From an uncultured bacterium (GTDB lineage: Bacteria > Babelota > Babeliae > Babelales > JACPOV01), in assembly GCA_963744715.1 (NCBI GenBank), contig CAVUUR010000002.1:1-64000 (forward strand): a stretch of 64,000 nt of DNA. Reading direction: 5' to 3'. The notes under the pieces are model-generated. The model ran no database searches. It was not told where the DNA came from and worked only from the letters and a program-made list of their open reading frames with translations. The first letter of the stretch is position 1, and each line of letters begins with the position of its first letter. The position numbers and the translations under genes were made by a program. Shown here piece by piece: positions 34,041 to 45,876 of the stretch.

Positions 34041-34709
34041 ATGACATTACACAAACTATTACTATACACCCTCATGCTAACCGGTAGCGTACAAGTAGCG
34101 CAGGCTGGTTTTAATGATTTTTACCAAAACACCCATCAGTGGTTTTCACGGCTTTATGGCAATATTAGTCCCAAAATAAATACTAATTATGTGGTTGCTG
34201 GTGGTTTAGGATTAGGTGCCGCCTTTGTTGGATTTACCTGGTGGTACAAAAAAAATATAATAAAAGCTGTTCCGGCCCCCAAAGGCATGCGTTATGGAAA
34301 CGAAAGTGAGATCATTAAGTTTGGCTGTCAGCCCAATGATCCTATGACATTGTTTAATAAGGTAGATAACCAATCAATTATAGTATTACCGCTTTCGTTA
34401 GTGTACGATGCTTTTAAAAAAAACGATTTGCCCACTATTACTACTAATGATGGCCGTACCATTAAAATAGAAAATCCGGATTGGGAACCTGAAAAAGCAA
34501 AAAGTGCTCGTGGCAGAATAGGACAACAAATATATAACTTCGATACAAATCCAAAGTTTGATTATTATAAACCGGAGCAAATTACTAGATTGCAAGGGGA
34601 AAACATTATAGGGAATGATGGAGTTTCTCACGGTGTAAATAGCTACCGATCAATTTTTCCAGATATACCTACAGACAAAGTATTTCATATAAAACATCTG
34701 AATTATTAA
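34041..34709 (+). CDS. Hypothetical secreted/membrane protein
   Basis: Signal peptide AQA; Gly-rich TM; RBS ggag. Confidence 0.7.
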   Translation: MTLHKLLLYTLMLTGSVQVAQAGFNDFYQNTHQWFSRLYGNISPKINTNYVVAGGLGLGAAFVGFTWWYKKNIIKAVPAPKGMRYGNESEIIKFGCQPNDPMTLFNKVDNQSIIVLPLSLVYDAFKKNDLPTITTNDGRTIKIENPDWEPEKAKSARGRIGQQIYNFDTNPKFDYYKPEQITRLQGENIIGNDGVSHGVNSYRSIFPDIPTDKVFHIKHLNY

Positions 34710-34727
34710 AAATTTAGTACAAGTAAC

Positions 34728-34780
34728 GCTTCAATGGGAGATTAAGATAACATCTTGATTTGCCATTGAAGCTTCTTTTT
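34728..34780 (+). terminator. Intrinsic terminator
   Basis: gcttcaatgg...ccattgaagc long hairpin followed by a T-run. Confidence 0.7.
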
Positions 34781-34889
34781 TATGCTCGATCAGATTCAAC
34801 AAAAACAAAAAAAGTATCCTAACCAGTAATTTTCTGCTATCTTTTATCGCTGTTATATAAAAAAACAATATAATAAAAGATATAAATCT

Positions 34890-37800
34890 ATGGATATAAA
34901 AAATTTTTATTTCAAATTATGTGTTATTGCTATAATTTCTTTTCAAGCATTACAAGCTATGGAATATACTGCACTGGTGCGCAATGAAACTAGTGAAGGA
35001 ACACCACAACGTTCTTTTCTTGCTACTCATCAACTTTCAGACAATAACAATTCTTTTTCGCAACAGAAAAAATTTTTACGAATAGGTTCACAACAAGATT
35101 CTATAACTTCTCAAAAAAATGATGAAATACAGCAATTACAAAAAAAAATTAATGAAAAAAAACAATCCAAAGAATATGGAAAAGTTGGAACATTGTTATT
35201 AAGTTATGCTGAAAAAACTAATTCTCCAGAAAATATTTTACATGCTGCCGCTTATTACTATCTTGAAACATCTAAACCTAATCAAGATTTGCAAAAAGTA
35301 GACCAAGAAAATTTAAATAAAAATGTCGCTATTGCGCAATATATAAGAACATCAAAGCAATCTAATAATTGGCGTGATCAATTATCATTGGCAAAAAAAT
35401 ATTTATACGGAAGCACCTTGCATGATACGGTTGTAAAACAAAGTATGGTAAGCCGATATTTAAAGGCTGAACGACATCATAACCCAGTTTTTATTGCACA
35501 AAATTATAACGATGCCTTAAAGCTCTTTGAAAGAAGTTTACAAAAATCAAATAATGATTCACGAGCAATTCAAGAGATTATTAATTCTTTTGCTCTTAAT
35601 GTGCAAGATGTAGCTCTTCCGTTAGACATTAAATTGAACTATCTTACAACACTGTTTAATCAAAACAATAATGAATGTATTGGCAAGGCCATAGAAACTA
35701 AAGGTTCATTGACACAATGGTTTTCCAAAAAAGAGCAAAATTTAGAACAGCCGTACGTAGAATCAGACATATATAAGAGAATGGCTCTCTATCAAACAGC
35801 AACAATGTTCGAAAAAAACGGTGATCTTATAAGAGCGGCAGGGTTTTATAAGGAAGCTCTTAAACCAGAACAGGAAATTGCTTGCTTGCAACAAGCTGCA
35901 GATAGTGGCGATAAAATTGCACAAGTAAAAAAAGCGTGTTACTTGTTAACTGGTTACAATTCCATCGCTCAAAATTATAAGGATGCAATAACTACCTTTG
36001 CTAACGTTGTGCAAAAACATAACAACATTGACTCATCCCTCGTTGAAGAGTTTAATGATTGTTTGCATAAGCAAACGGTACCACTTCAAGAACTGTTGCG
36101 ATATAATGCTTCATTGCTCGCTCATCCAGATAAATCATTAATTAAGCTAGGCTTAGAAAATATCATAAAAATACTGGAACAACATGCGAGTGAGCAGGAC
36201 CAACAAATTATAATGCGCTCGACGACATTTGAAAACATTATGGGAAGAATCAAGGCCAAAAAGCAAAAGGTTACCATACCAGAACCCCTTAAACTATACT
36301 GCGAACGATTTGCGGAATATTATAAATCAATATCTGAACAAGAAAATAGCAAAGAAGAACAAAAAATTGTACAAACCGAATTAGCGGCGCAAAATGCTCC
36401 GAAAATGGTAGAACAGGAAGAAGAAAATACCTCCGAAAAAAATGCACCTACGAAAACTAAAAAAAAGAAGAAAAAAACTAAAAAGAGCACAACCAACGTC
36501 GATTCAAGCACTCAAATAATTATTCAACAAAATGAAATGCAAGAGTTGATTGAGCTATTAAAAGATCCAAAAAGTATGGGGCGAGAAGAAAAGAAAGAAG
36601 CTCTTATACGAATAGCTACTGAATATCAACAGGGCATCGAAAAAATACAATTTCCAGAAACATATACCGAATATGCAAATATTGTTGCTGAACATATGAT
36701 TGCTCTTGAAATGGCTCTCCCCGCACGCAAACAGTTTTTGGGGGAATTTGGTTATGCAATAACATGCGAACATATCGATACGTTGCAGCCCGATGTTATT
36801 CAACCGAAAATTTATTATTTTGAAGAAAGTGATACTACTCGACCACTCTACTACATTAAACAACATGAACACGATAATACTCATCCAGCACTCTATTATC
36901 TGAAAGGCGCAAAAGCTTTTTATAACCAGCAATATGAGCAGGCAACCTTATTTTTAAGCAAGCCATGTTTACAAAATGACCCTTATGCACAACTGTATAA
37001 GGCGCTCATCGCCTGTAAACAACAAAAATCATCGGAACATGATATAACAATCTGTAGTAAATTTTTACGCGATAGTCTCGATAACAATTCATCATGCATT
37101 GCATTTAATAACCTTATAGAAACTGCCTTGCAACATACTATTGAAACCTCAAAAAGTGAAAAAGTATCTAATGCTGCAAAAATTGCCCTGCTAAAATATA
37201 ATAATGCACTGCTGACAAAAGATCCCCACTGCGCATTTGCAAAAGAGCATATACTCAAGAATATAGGTAACGTCCGATTAATTAAAAGTAAAAAAGTACT
37301 AAAAGAAATCTATCAATCGTTACAGGGTATTATTGATGCCTCAGATAATCGTATAAAAGAGAACCTCTTAACCATATTGGCAAACGACTATCTTCAGAAC
37401 CCTTCTGCTGTTCGTCTGGATATGCTAAACAAGATAGTTCCTTCTGCTCCAAGTGACAATAATTCCGTTAATCAATTATTGTCTGAAGTTTATCTAAAAG
37501 CCATCGACACCCTGCATGATTTTTTGAAGGATTCAGGGAGTATTGTATCTACAAACAATGAACGGTTAACTGAATATGCTCAACGAGCTTATATCTTTGA
37601 TCGGGGCAATAATAATGCAAATTTTTATCGGGGGTTAGCCATGCTTTCTTCCAGTAACTTCTCTTCTCACGAGCGCTTCAGAACAAACGTTCAACAATAT
37701 ATTGAAGAAGCTCAATCATATTTGGATAAAGGTGATGGAATATATCAATTAATGCAACTTGGTAACATGTATTATTTTAAAACCCATTTTCCCGCAGGTA

Positions 37801-39043
37801 CTATTGAGCTAGACTATAATAAAGCCATTACCTTCGCAACAAAAGCCTTAGCCAAACTAGAAACAATGAGATTATCCGCAGATGAAAAAATTAAACTACA
37901 TAACAAAATTATGTTTTATTTAGGAGAAATTTATCAGCAGCAAGCAAGACACGGCAAGAGCGATCGGGAAAAAAAAATTGCTATAAGCAATCCAATCATT
38001 ATTATTCGGAATTACTGAATCCCAGCGATACTAGCGATACTGCGTATAAGCAACATGCACTCGTTGAACTTACTGCAAACGCCATGAGCCAAGCTAACTT
38101 CCAAAAAGCAGCGCAGTACCTTCAGGAGCCTTGTCTTGCCAATGATATATTTGCTCAGATAATGGACGCTAGAATAAAACTCGGCAAAGACCCTGTCTTA
38201 AACGCCCCAATCTTAGAACAATTACTGATACTATCAACGAAGGTTTGGCAAGTTAACGACCAGAGCGCAACAGAAGATTTTTTAACTCTTATTGATGTGG
38301 TTCGTCGAGGAAGCGTACCAAGCCAACTAGAGCAATCATTGACTCAATTAATATCCCTCAACAAAGAAAAATTACAACAACAAAAAAATACGATTCTCGG
38401 TAAATTTTATCCACTTCTTAAGGAAGCAAAAAAAGACGGTTACAGACAAAAACTAGCCGATAAGCTTAGACAATTTGTGGAAAAAGATAACCCAGTTTTC
38501 ACAATATATACTTATGACCCAGATTATGCTTTTGCACGTGCTCAGTATATGCTGTATATGTATAGATTTCCTACTCAAAGGGCATTAGATCTTTTGATGA
38601 ATGTCTCTGAAAACGCCAAGAATGGACAATTACTTCTCAAGGCGTGCAGAGTATTGATCCGAGCTAATATTAGTGTACTAAATACATGTGGCATCAGTGA
38701 ACGATCATTACCATTCCTCAACTTAGCATGCTCATCTTTAGTGAAGATGGCCGATGAATATGAAAAATTGGCGGAGGATCAAGCACTACTTGAAGAGGTA
38801 CCATCATACTTAGCTCTTCCTGAGACACAAAGTCTGCATCCAGCAACGGATGATCAAGCACTACTTGAAGAGGTACTATCATACTTAGCTCTTCCTGAGA
38901 CACAAGGTCTGCGTCCAAAGATAATCCTTCCAAGAAAAGCAGGGGAAAGGCTCTCGGATGCTGAGATGCTTGAGAAGACCTATCAACTTTTACAACAAAT
39001 TGAATATCGAGATAACCATTTGGTAAAGATACAAAAAATATAA
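34890..39043 (+). CDS. Large secreted alpha-helical SEL1/TPR-like protein, probably one gene split near 37970-38080
   Basis: LQA-ME signal; QQAADSGDKIAQ and QLGNMYY SEL1-like segments; A..L..PCL.ND..AQ recurs in both ORFs; long A-run just before the break. Confidence 0.6.
38777..38917 (+). repeat. 75-bp in-frame tandem duplication (DQALLEEV.SYLALPETQ.L.P twice)
   Basis: Units start at 38777 and 38852 and differ by few mismatches. Confidence 0.92.
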
Positions 39044-39062
39044 TAAATAACTGCCGTATTTT

Positions 39063-39569
39063 TTATAGATAATTAATAAGCATACATAACGCCATCACTG
39101 CCATTAAAATATCTTCAAATACGGTTACGTAGGTCATTGGCAATTTAAAAACGGTACCCAAGCAAGCACATGGTATGACCTCTTTTTTTTGCAGTTGTTG
39201 TATAACCCCAACGCTACTAATAACCATAACGAGTATCGTTATACTATTGGTCATTATCGGATACACACGAAATGCGTAGAGAATACCCAGTGTAATTTCA
39301 ATAAGGGGATACATATATGCATAGATGGTACTGCGTTTCGCAACGATATCATACATGGTATAGGCCTGAACAAAACCTGACCAATTAAATAATTTAAAAG
39401 ATCCAAATATTAAAAAAAAGGCTGCCATAAAATCATTCATACCCCGAGCAATACTAAAGCCATGATACCATTGTAATCCACCGGTAATGGCTATAATAAT
39501 TGCAAAAATAATACCAAGCGGTATGAAATCAGAATAGTTAATATTCGATGTACTATTCACTTGTGCCAT
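39063..39569 (-). CDS. MauE/DoxX-like membrane protein
   Basis: FMAAFFLIFGSFKL, YDIVAKR, YPLIE and CACLG motifs. Confidence 0.75.
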   Translation of the reverse strand: MAQVNSTSNINYSDFIPLGIIFAIIIAITGGLQWYHGFSIARGMNDFMAAFFLIFGSFKLFNWSGFVQAYTMYDIVAKRSTIYAYMYPLIEITLGILYAFRVYPIMTNSITILVMVISSVGVIQQLQKKEVIPCACLGTVFKLPMTYVTVFEDILMAVMALCMLINYL

Positions 39570-39594
39570 TGTTATATTCCTAGATTGGTAAGGT

Positions 39595-39774
39595 TTATTT
39601 CTTTTTTTTAGGAACTTTTGCGCCTGCTTTTCGTGCCTCGGAAAGCCCTATAGCAATCGCTTGTTTTCTGCTTTTAACTTTTTTTCCACTTTTTCCGCTC
39701 ACTAAAGTACCTTCTTTATATTCGTGCATTGCCCTTTTGACTTTTTGTTGTGATTTTTTACCGTAACGTGCCAT
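39595..39774 (-). CDS. DUF6496-like small basic protein
   Basis: KVKRAMHEYKEGTL.SGKSG.KVKSRKQAIAIGLSEARK. Confidence 0.85.
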   Translation of the reverse strand: MARYGKKSQQKVKRAMHEYKEGTLVSGKSGKKVKSRKQAIAIGLSEARKAGAKVPKKKK

Positions 39775-40056
39775 AATTATAACCCTCTCTTTTTTATTAA
39801 TTACATTAATCATTATTAATCAAATAATAGCACATTGAGTACCCATAAATAAATATTTTTTATATTTTGTTTTAAAAGTTACTATAAAATTTATAACTGA
39901 CGTCCATACAAAGGCACACGTTGTTTTAAAAATAAAATTTTTTCTAACAAAAAATTTTCAACGAAATAAGAATAAAAAAACAACCTAATAATCATATTTT
40001 TATTCAATAATGTCGCACGAATAAAAAAATAATTTTTATTAACTTTCAAATTAATC

Positions 40057-40088
40057 TTGACACATAAGCATGCATCTTTATAGATTAG
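40057..40088 (+). promoter_or_regulatory. Repeated promoter of propeller cassette 1
   Basis: TTGACAcataagcatgcatctttaTAGATT; recurs at 42260, 44412 and 46631. Confidence 0.7.
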
Positions 40089-40151
40089 ATTCAATACAAA
40101 TTGAATGAAGTAACTTTATAAATAAAATAATAAAAAAAGGAGTCAAAACTG

Positions 40152-41444
40152 ATGAAATTTTGTAAAATCTTATTGGTGCTCTGTGCCCAATATTTTATTG
40201 CTCAGCCACTCATGGCATCTCCCTTTGCCTTTGTAACCAATTTTGGTGGCGGCGCTGGTACCACTGTTACTCCCATTGATACGGTAACCAATCTTGCAGG
40301 AGCCCCCATTACAGTAGGAGACGCCCCCCAAGGTGTAGCCATTACCCCAAATGGACTGTTTGCTTACGTTCCTAATCTGGTTTCTTCTAGCGTGTCAGTC
40401 ATAAATACAATAACTGATCTTGTAGTCGCTACCGTACCACTAACTGGTCAGGTTGATCCAGCCTATGTAGCCATTACTCCTAATGGACTGTTTGCTTATG
40501 TTACCAATGCTGGGTCGGGTACAGTTTCGGTTATTAATACCACAGATAATCTGGTAGTTGATACTATTACCATCGGGGCAGGACTAGTACCTCAAGGCAT
40601 AGCAATTACACCCGATGGAACAAAGGCCTATGTAGCTATTGAATCGCCCGTTGCCAGTGTTGCTGTTATTAATACTACAAACAATACAGTGGCTATGGAT
40701 ATTGTTACAACAGCTACTGCACCTTATGCCGTAGCGATTACGCCTAATGGAGCAACCGCTTACGTTACCGATAGGGGCGGTGCGGCCGTTATACCAATAA
40801 CTATAGCAACCAATACCCCAGGAACTACTATTGACTTGGCCGCAGGATCAGAACCTCAAGGTATAGCTATCACTCCTAATGGACTATTCGCTTATGTTAC
40901 TAACACTATTGCTGCCGGTACGGTTACACCAATAACCATAGCAACTAATACGGTAGGAACTCCTATTGCTTTAGGCGCAGGAACAATTCCTTTTGGTATA
41001 GCTATCACTCCCGATGGAAACTTAGCGTATGTTGTTGAAAATGGTTTAAATCGCGTAGCAATTATCAATATTCCAGCCAATACGTTAAGCGCTACCACCG
41101 TTGCTGTAGGAGTTGGACCGGACAACATAGCGATTACCCCTGTTATTCCGCCATTAGCTTTTATCGGTGTCATTCAACGCAATATATTCCTGAACGTAAT
41201 TGAATGTATTCTTACCATGACATGGGTGCCAAGCCCTACAACCAACGTTGTGGAATATCAGATTTTCAGAGACGGTGTGTTGTTCGCTACCATTCCAGCA
41301 ACAAGTCCTTTAGTGTTTACAACCGGTCTTGGTTGTAATGATGCTGGGGCAGGATTTACCATCGCAGCGATCGATTCAAATGGTATAAGCAGTATCCAAA
41401 TACCGTTAGTTATACAACCAGGACCTACACGACCCTTAGTATAA
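40152..41444 (+). CDS. YVTN/YncE-type beta-propeller surface protein 1 with FN3-like C-terminal domain
   Basis: Signal peptide; seven AITP[ND]G..AYV-type blades; CTD with W...Y.IFR.G...F.IAA.D..G. Confidence 0.9.
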   Translation: MKFCKILLVLCAQYFIAQPLMASPFAFVTNFGGGAGTTVTPIDTVTNLAGAPITVGDAPQGVAITPNGLFAYVPNLVSSSVSVINTITDLVVATVPLTGQVDPAYVAITPNGLFAYVTNAGSGTVSVINTTDNLVVDTITIGAGLVPQGIAITPDGTKAYVAIESPVASVAVINTTNNTVAMDIVTTATAPYAVAITPNGATAYVTDRGGAAVIPITIATNTPGTTIDLAAGSEPQGIAITPNGLFAYVTNTIAAGTVTPITIATNTVGTPIALGAGTIPFGIAITPDGNLAYVVENGLNRVAIINIPANTLSATTVAVGVGPDNIAITPVIPPLAFIGVIQRNIFLNVIECILTMTWVPSPTTNVVEYQIFRDGVLFATIPATSPLVFTTGLGCNDAGAGFTIAAIDSNGISSIQIPLVIQPGPTRPLV

Positions 41445-41485
41445 GAAGTAGAGTAACGTAGTAATGAATAATATAAGGAACCATT

Positions 41486-42088
41486 ATGAATAAAATTATC
41501 GCAAGAACCCTACCAATTTTATTACTTCTCAACGTCCATGCCTTTTATGCAACCGACTGGTGCTCCGATGTTAAGGTACGTTCTTCAGCTTTTATTCCGC
41601 AATCTAAACTCTTCAAACATATTTATGGAAACGTTGCGGCAACCATTCAAATCGAAGGCGCAACCAATCTCTTTAGATGGGTTGATGGTTGGGCTAATTT
41701 TACCTGGCTTTCTAAAAATGGTCATTCTATAGGATTACACAGTCGTACCAAAATAAATATTGCTAACTTCAGTTTTGGTTTAAAAGCTCCTTGGGAATTC
41801 CATGATTCTTTTATCGCTTATATTGGCATCGGGCCTGCCTTTGCAAAAGTCTGGTTGCATAATCATTCTGTTGTTACCAAAAAACATGTTTCAAAAACAT
41901 CATTTGGGCTCGTAGCAAAAAGTGGTCTCTATTGCTTTATCACTGATAATTTATTCTTCGACATCTTCCTTGATTATACCTATCTACCAACTCATTTCAG
42001 AAAACAAATTATTGCTGGCGTTACCCGTAAACATCACCCTAATGTTGGTGGCGTTATGCCGGGCGTAGGCTTCGGTGCTGCTTTCTAA
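41486..42088 (+). CDS. Small outer-membrane beta-barrel protein 1
   Basis: Signal peptide; alternating amphipathic strands (AYIGIG, FFDIFLDY); C-terminal GVGFGAAF. Confidence 0.8.
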   Translation: MNKIIARTLPILLLLNVHAFYATDWCSDVKVRSSAFIPQSKLFKHIYGNVAATIQIEGATNLFRWVDGWANFTWLSKNGHSIGLHSRTKINIANFSFGLKAPWEFHDSFIAYIGIGPAFAKVWLHNHSVVTKKHVSKTSFGLVAKSGLYCFITDNLFFDIFLDYTYLPTHFRKQIIAGVTRKHHPNVGGVMPGVGFGAAF

Positions 42089-42105
42089 TCTATATTGCAA
42101 TAACA

Positions 42106-42144
42106 AGAGCCGTGACTAAAAAAATCTTAGTCACGGCTCTCTTT
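42106..42144 (+). terminator. Intrinsic terminator of cassette 1
   Basis: agagccgtgactaa...ttagtcacggctct. Confidence 0.8.
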
Positions 42145-42259
42145 ACTTTATACATAATCTAGAATGGGCCATTATATTAACGTACAAAAATAGTAATTAG
42201 CGGGTCTTGCTAAAGCAAAACTCATAATGGCACTCAATAAAATATTATTATAGTTTTAC

Positions 42260-42290
42260 TTGACACTTAGTAATCTATCTTTATAGATTA
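42260..42290 (+). promoter_or_regulatory. Repeated promoter of cassette 2
   Basis: TTGACActtagtaatctatctttaTAGATT. Confidence 0.7.
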
Positions 42291-42351
42291 TTTCATATAA
42301 ATGAGCGAAGCAACTTTATAAATAAAACAATAGAAAAAGGAGTCAAAACTG

Positions 42352-43647
42352 ATGAAATTTTATAAAATTTTATTGGTGCTCTGCGCCCACTATTTTATTG
42401 CACAGCCACTCACGGCAGCCCCCTTTGCCTATGTAACAAATTATAATGATGACGCTGGTACCACCGTTACTCCTATCGATACGGCAACCAATACTGCAGG
42501 CGCCGCCATTACGGTAGGAACAGGCCCTCAAGGTGTGGCAATTACTCCTGATGGTATGTTTGCTTACGTTGCTAATTTTACGACTCATTCCATATCGGTC
42601 ATAAACACCCTTACTAATGAAGTAGTTGCCACTATACCACTAACCGGTCAATCCGACACTGCTTATGTAGCCATTACTCCTAATGGAGAATTTGCTTATG
42701 TTACCAATGCTGGATCCGGTATGGTTTCAGTTATTAATACCGCAATGAATGCGATAGTTGATACTATTACCATCGCCGGGACACCATCAGTTCAAGGCAT
42801 AGCAATTACGCCCGATGGAACAAAGGCCTATGTAGCTATTCAATCGCCCGTTGGCGATGTCGGTATTGCTGTTATTGATACAATAAACAATACTCAATCT
42901 TTTACTATTTCTTTACCAGGTACTGCTCCCTACGCCGTAGCAATTACTCCTAATGGAACTACTGCTTACGTTACCGATAGAGCGAATTCTGCCGTTATAC
43001 CAATAACCATAGCAAACAATACAGCAGGAACTCCTATTCCTTTGACAGCTTTAGGAGACCCTGTAGGTATCGCGATTACTCCCAATGGACTTTTTGCTTA
43101 TGTTACAGATACCAATAATAATAATGTTACACCAATAACCATAGCAAACAATACAGCAGGAACTCCTATTGCTTTAGGCACAGGAACATTGCCTTTTGGT
43201 ATAGCTATCACTCCCGATGGAGCGCTAGCGTACGTTGTTGAAAGTGGTTTAAATCGCGTAGCAATTATCAATATTTTAACTGATACATTAATTGCTACCA
43301 CTATCGGTGTAGGAGTTGGACCGCACAATATAGCAATTACCCCTGTTATTCCGCCATTAACTTTTATTGGTGTCATTCAACGCAATATATTCCTGAACGT
43401 AATTGAATGTATTCTTACCATGACATGGGTGCCAAGCCCTACAACCAACGTTGTGGAATATCAGATTTTCAGAGACGGTGTGTTGTTCGCTACCATTCCA
43501 GCAACAAGTCCTTTAGTGTTTACAACCGGTCTTGGTTGTAATGATGCTGGGGCAGGATTTACCATCGCAGCGATCGATTCAAATGGTATAAGCAGTATCC
43601 AAATACCGTTAGTTATACAACCAGGACCTACACGACCCTTAGTATAA
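42352..43647 (+). CDS. YVTN beta-propeller surface protein 2
   Basis: Same architecture as 40152; CTD essentially identical. Confidence 0.9.
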   Translation: MKFYKILLVLCAHYFIAQPLTAAPFAYVTNYNDDAGTTVTPIDTATNTAGAAITVGTGPQGVAITPDGMFAYVANFTTHSISVINTLTNEVVATIPLTGQSDTAYVAITPNGEFAYVTNAGSGMVSVINTAMNAIVDTITIAGTPSVQGIAITPDGTKAYVAIQSPVGDVGIAVIDTINNTQSFTISLPGTAPYAVAITPNGTTAYVTDRANSAVIPITIANNTAGTPIPLTALGDPVGIAITPNGLFAYVTDTNNNNVTPITIANNTAGTPIALGTGTLPFGIAITPDGALAYVVESGLNRVAIINILTDTLIATTIGVGVGPHNIAITPVIPPLTFIGVIQRNIFLNVIECILTMTWVPSPTTNVVEYQIFRDGVLFATIPATSPLVFTTGLGCNDAGAGFTIAAIDSNGISSIQIPLVIQPGPTRPLV

Positions 43648-43688
43648 GAAGTAGAGTAACGTAGTAATGAATAATATAAGGAACCATT

Positions 43689-44291
43689 ATGAATAAAATT
43701 ATCGTAAGAACCCTACCAATTTTATTACTTCTCACTATGCATACTTTTTGCATAACGGACTGGGTTGCTGATGTTAAGGTACGTTCTTCAGCCTTTATCC
43801 CACAATCTAAACTCTTCAAGCATATTTATGGAAACGTTGCGGCAACCGTTCAAATTGAAGGCGCGGGAAATCTTTTCAGATGGGTTGATGGTTGGGCAAA
43901 TTTTACCTGGCTTTCTAAACATGGCCATTCTATAGGATTACATAGCGGTACCAAAATAAATATTGCTAACTTCAGTTTTGGTTTAAAAGCTCCTTGGGAA
44001 TTCCATGATTCTTTTATTGCTTATATTGGTATCGGGCCTGCTTTTGCAAAAGTTTGGTTGCATAATCATTCTGTTTGTACCAAAAAACATGTTTCAAAAA
44101 CATCATTTGGCCTTGTAGCAAAGAGCGGTCTTTATTGCTTCATAACGGATAATTTATTCTTTGATATTTTCCTTGATTATACCTATCTACCAGCACATTT
44201 CAAAAAACAAATTATTGCTGGCGTTACCCGTAAACACCATCCTAATGTTGGTGGCGTTATGCCGGGTGTAGGCTTCGGCGCTGCATTCTAA
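43689..44291 (+). CDS. Small outer-membrane beta-barrel protein 2
   Basis: Close paralog of 41486-42088. Confidence 0.8.
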   Translation: MNKIIVRTLPILLLLTMHTFCITDWVADVKVRSSAFIPQSKLFKHIYGNVAATVQIEGAGNLFRWVDGWANFTWLSKHGHSIGLHSGTKINIANFSFGLKAPWEFHDSFIAYIGIGPAFAKVWLHNHSVCTKKHVSKTSFGLVAKSGLYCFITDNLFFDIFLDYTYLPAHFKKQIIAGVTRKHHPNVGGVMPGVGFGAAF

Positions 44292-44312
44292 TCTATACAA
44301 TAACGCAATAAC

Positions 44313-44349
44313 AAGAGCTGTGACTAAAAAATCTTAGTCACAGCTCTTT
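44313..44349 (+). terminator. Intrinsic terminator of cassette 2
   Basis: aagagctgtgactaa...ttagtcacagctctt; compensatory C-G to T-A change relative to cassette 1. Confidence 0.82.
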
Positions 44350-44411
44350 ACTTTATAAAAAAATTGCACATCCATCTGTTAAAAAATATAATTACTAACA
44401 CTGTAGTAATC

Positions 44412-44443
44412 TTGACACTTAATGATCTATCTTTATAGATTAG
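44412..44443 (+). promoter_or_regulatory. Repeated promoter of cassette 3
   Basis: TTGACActtaatgatctatctttaTAGATT. Confidence 0.7.
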
Positions 44444-44498
44444 ATTTCATGTAAATTGAGTAGCAGTTTTATACATAATAAAAAAGGAGTCAAAACTG

Positions 44499-45835
44499 AT
44501 GAAACTTCATAAAATTTTATTGACACTCTGTGCCCACTATTTTATTGCGCAACCGCTCATGGCCGCGCCATTTGCCTATGTAACCAATTCTGAAAGCAAT
44601 AATGTTACACCTATTAATACGGCAACCAATGTTGCAGGAGTTAATTTTACATCACCAGCTCCTTTTGGTATAGCATTTACTCCGGATGGCAAAAGAGTGC
44701 TTGTTGTTAATGCTCCGGCTGTTCCCGGTACCGTTAGTATTTATGACGTATTAAATAATAATGCTTTACTCTTTACCGTAAATCTCCCTGAGGGCGCTCA
44801 ACGTTTAGCGATTACTCCCGATGGTACCTTAGCGTATGTATCCTCAAGCCTCAGGTACCGATGTTTCAGTTATTGATCTGACCCTTGCTACCCCCGTAGT
44901 TATTACTACTTTTAATGGAGGAAATAACCCTCTAGCGGTAGCGATTACTCCCCATGGAACATTAGCCTATATAACTGATTCAACTATAGGTACTCCTGCA
45001 GTTAGAGTCTTTTCAGTTCCATCAAATACCCTTGTAGCTACTATTTCTACCGGTTTTGTAGCAGGTGCTGGTCTTCGCGGTGTAGCCATTACTCCCAACG
45101 GAGAATTCGCTTACGTTACCGATTTTATAAATGGGGTAGTCTATCAAATACCCATTACAGGTCCCGATGCTAACACGATAATCGACACAATTCCTGTGGG
45201 GAGCCGGTCCACAATTTATAGCAATTACCGCTGATGGTCTATTTGCATTTGTGACTAATTCCGGCGGCAATAGTGTAAGCCAAATAAATCTCGTAACAAA
45301 TTTACAGGTCGCTGGTAGTCCTATTACCCTGCCTTCCCCCGTAGGAGATCCTTTTGGCATAGCCATTATTCCCGTTCCTAATGGCGGCGCAACCCATGCT
45401 TACATTGCTGATAATTTAAATGCCAGGGTTGTCATTCTTGATATCCCAGCGAGCTCGCCGGTTACTTTAGCTGCATTCAGCACCACTACGGTGGATGTAG
45501 GAACCTTTCCTTTCGATATAGCAATTACCCCTGTTATCCCGCCATTAACTTTTATCGGTGTTATTCAACGCAATATATTCCTGAACGTAATTGAATGTAT
45601 TCTTACCATGACATGGGTGCCAAGCCCTACAACCAACGTTGTGGAATATCAGATTTTCAGAGACGGTGTGTTGTTCGCGACCATTCCAGCAACAAGTCCT
45701 TTAGTGTTTACAACCGGTCTTGGTTGTAATGATGCTGGGGCAGGATTTACCATCGCAGCGATCGATTCAAATGGTATAAGCAGTATCCAAATACCGTTAG
45801 TTATACAACCAGGACCTACACCGCCATTAGTATAA
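44499..45835 (+). CDS. YVTN beta-propeller surface protein 3 (two frameshifts)
   Basis: ORFs 44499-44876, 44836-45234 and 45251-45835 join into the paralog architecture. Confidence 0.85.
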
Positions 45836-45876
45836 GAAGTAGAGTAACGTAGTAATGAATAATATAAGGAACCATT

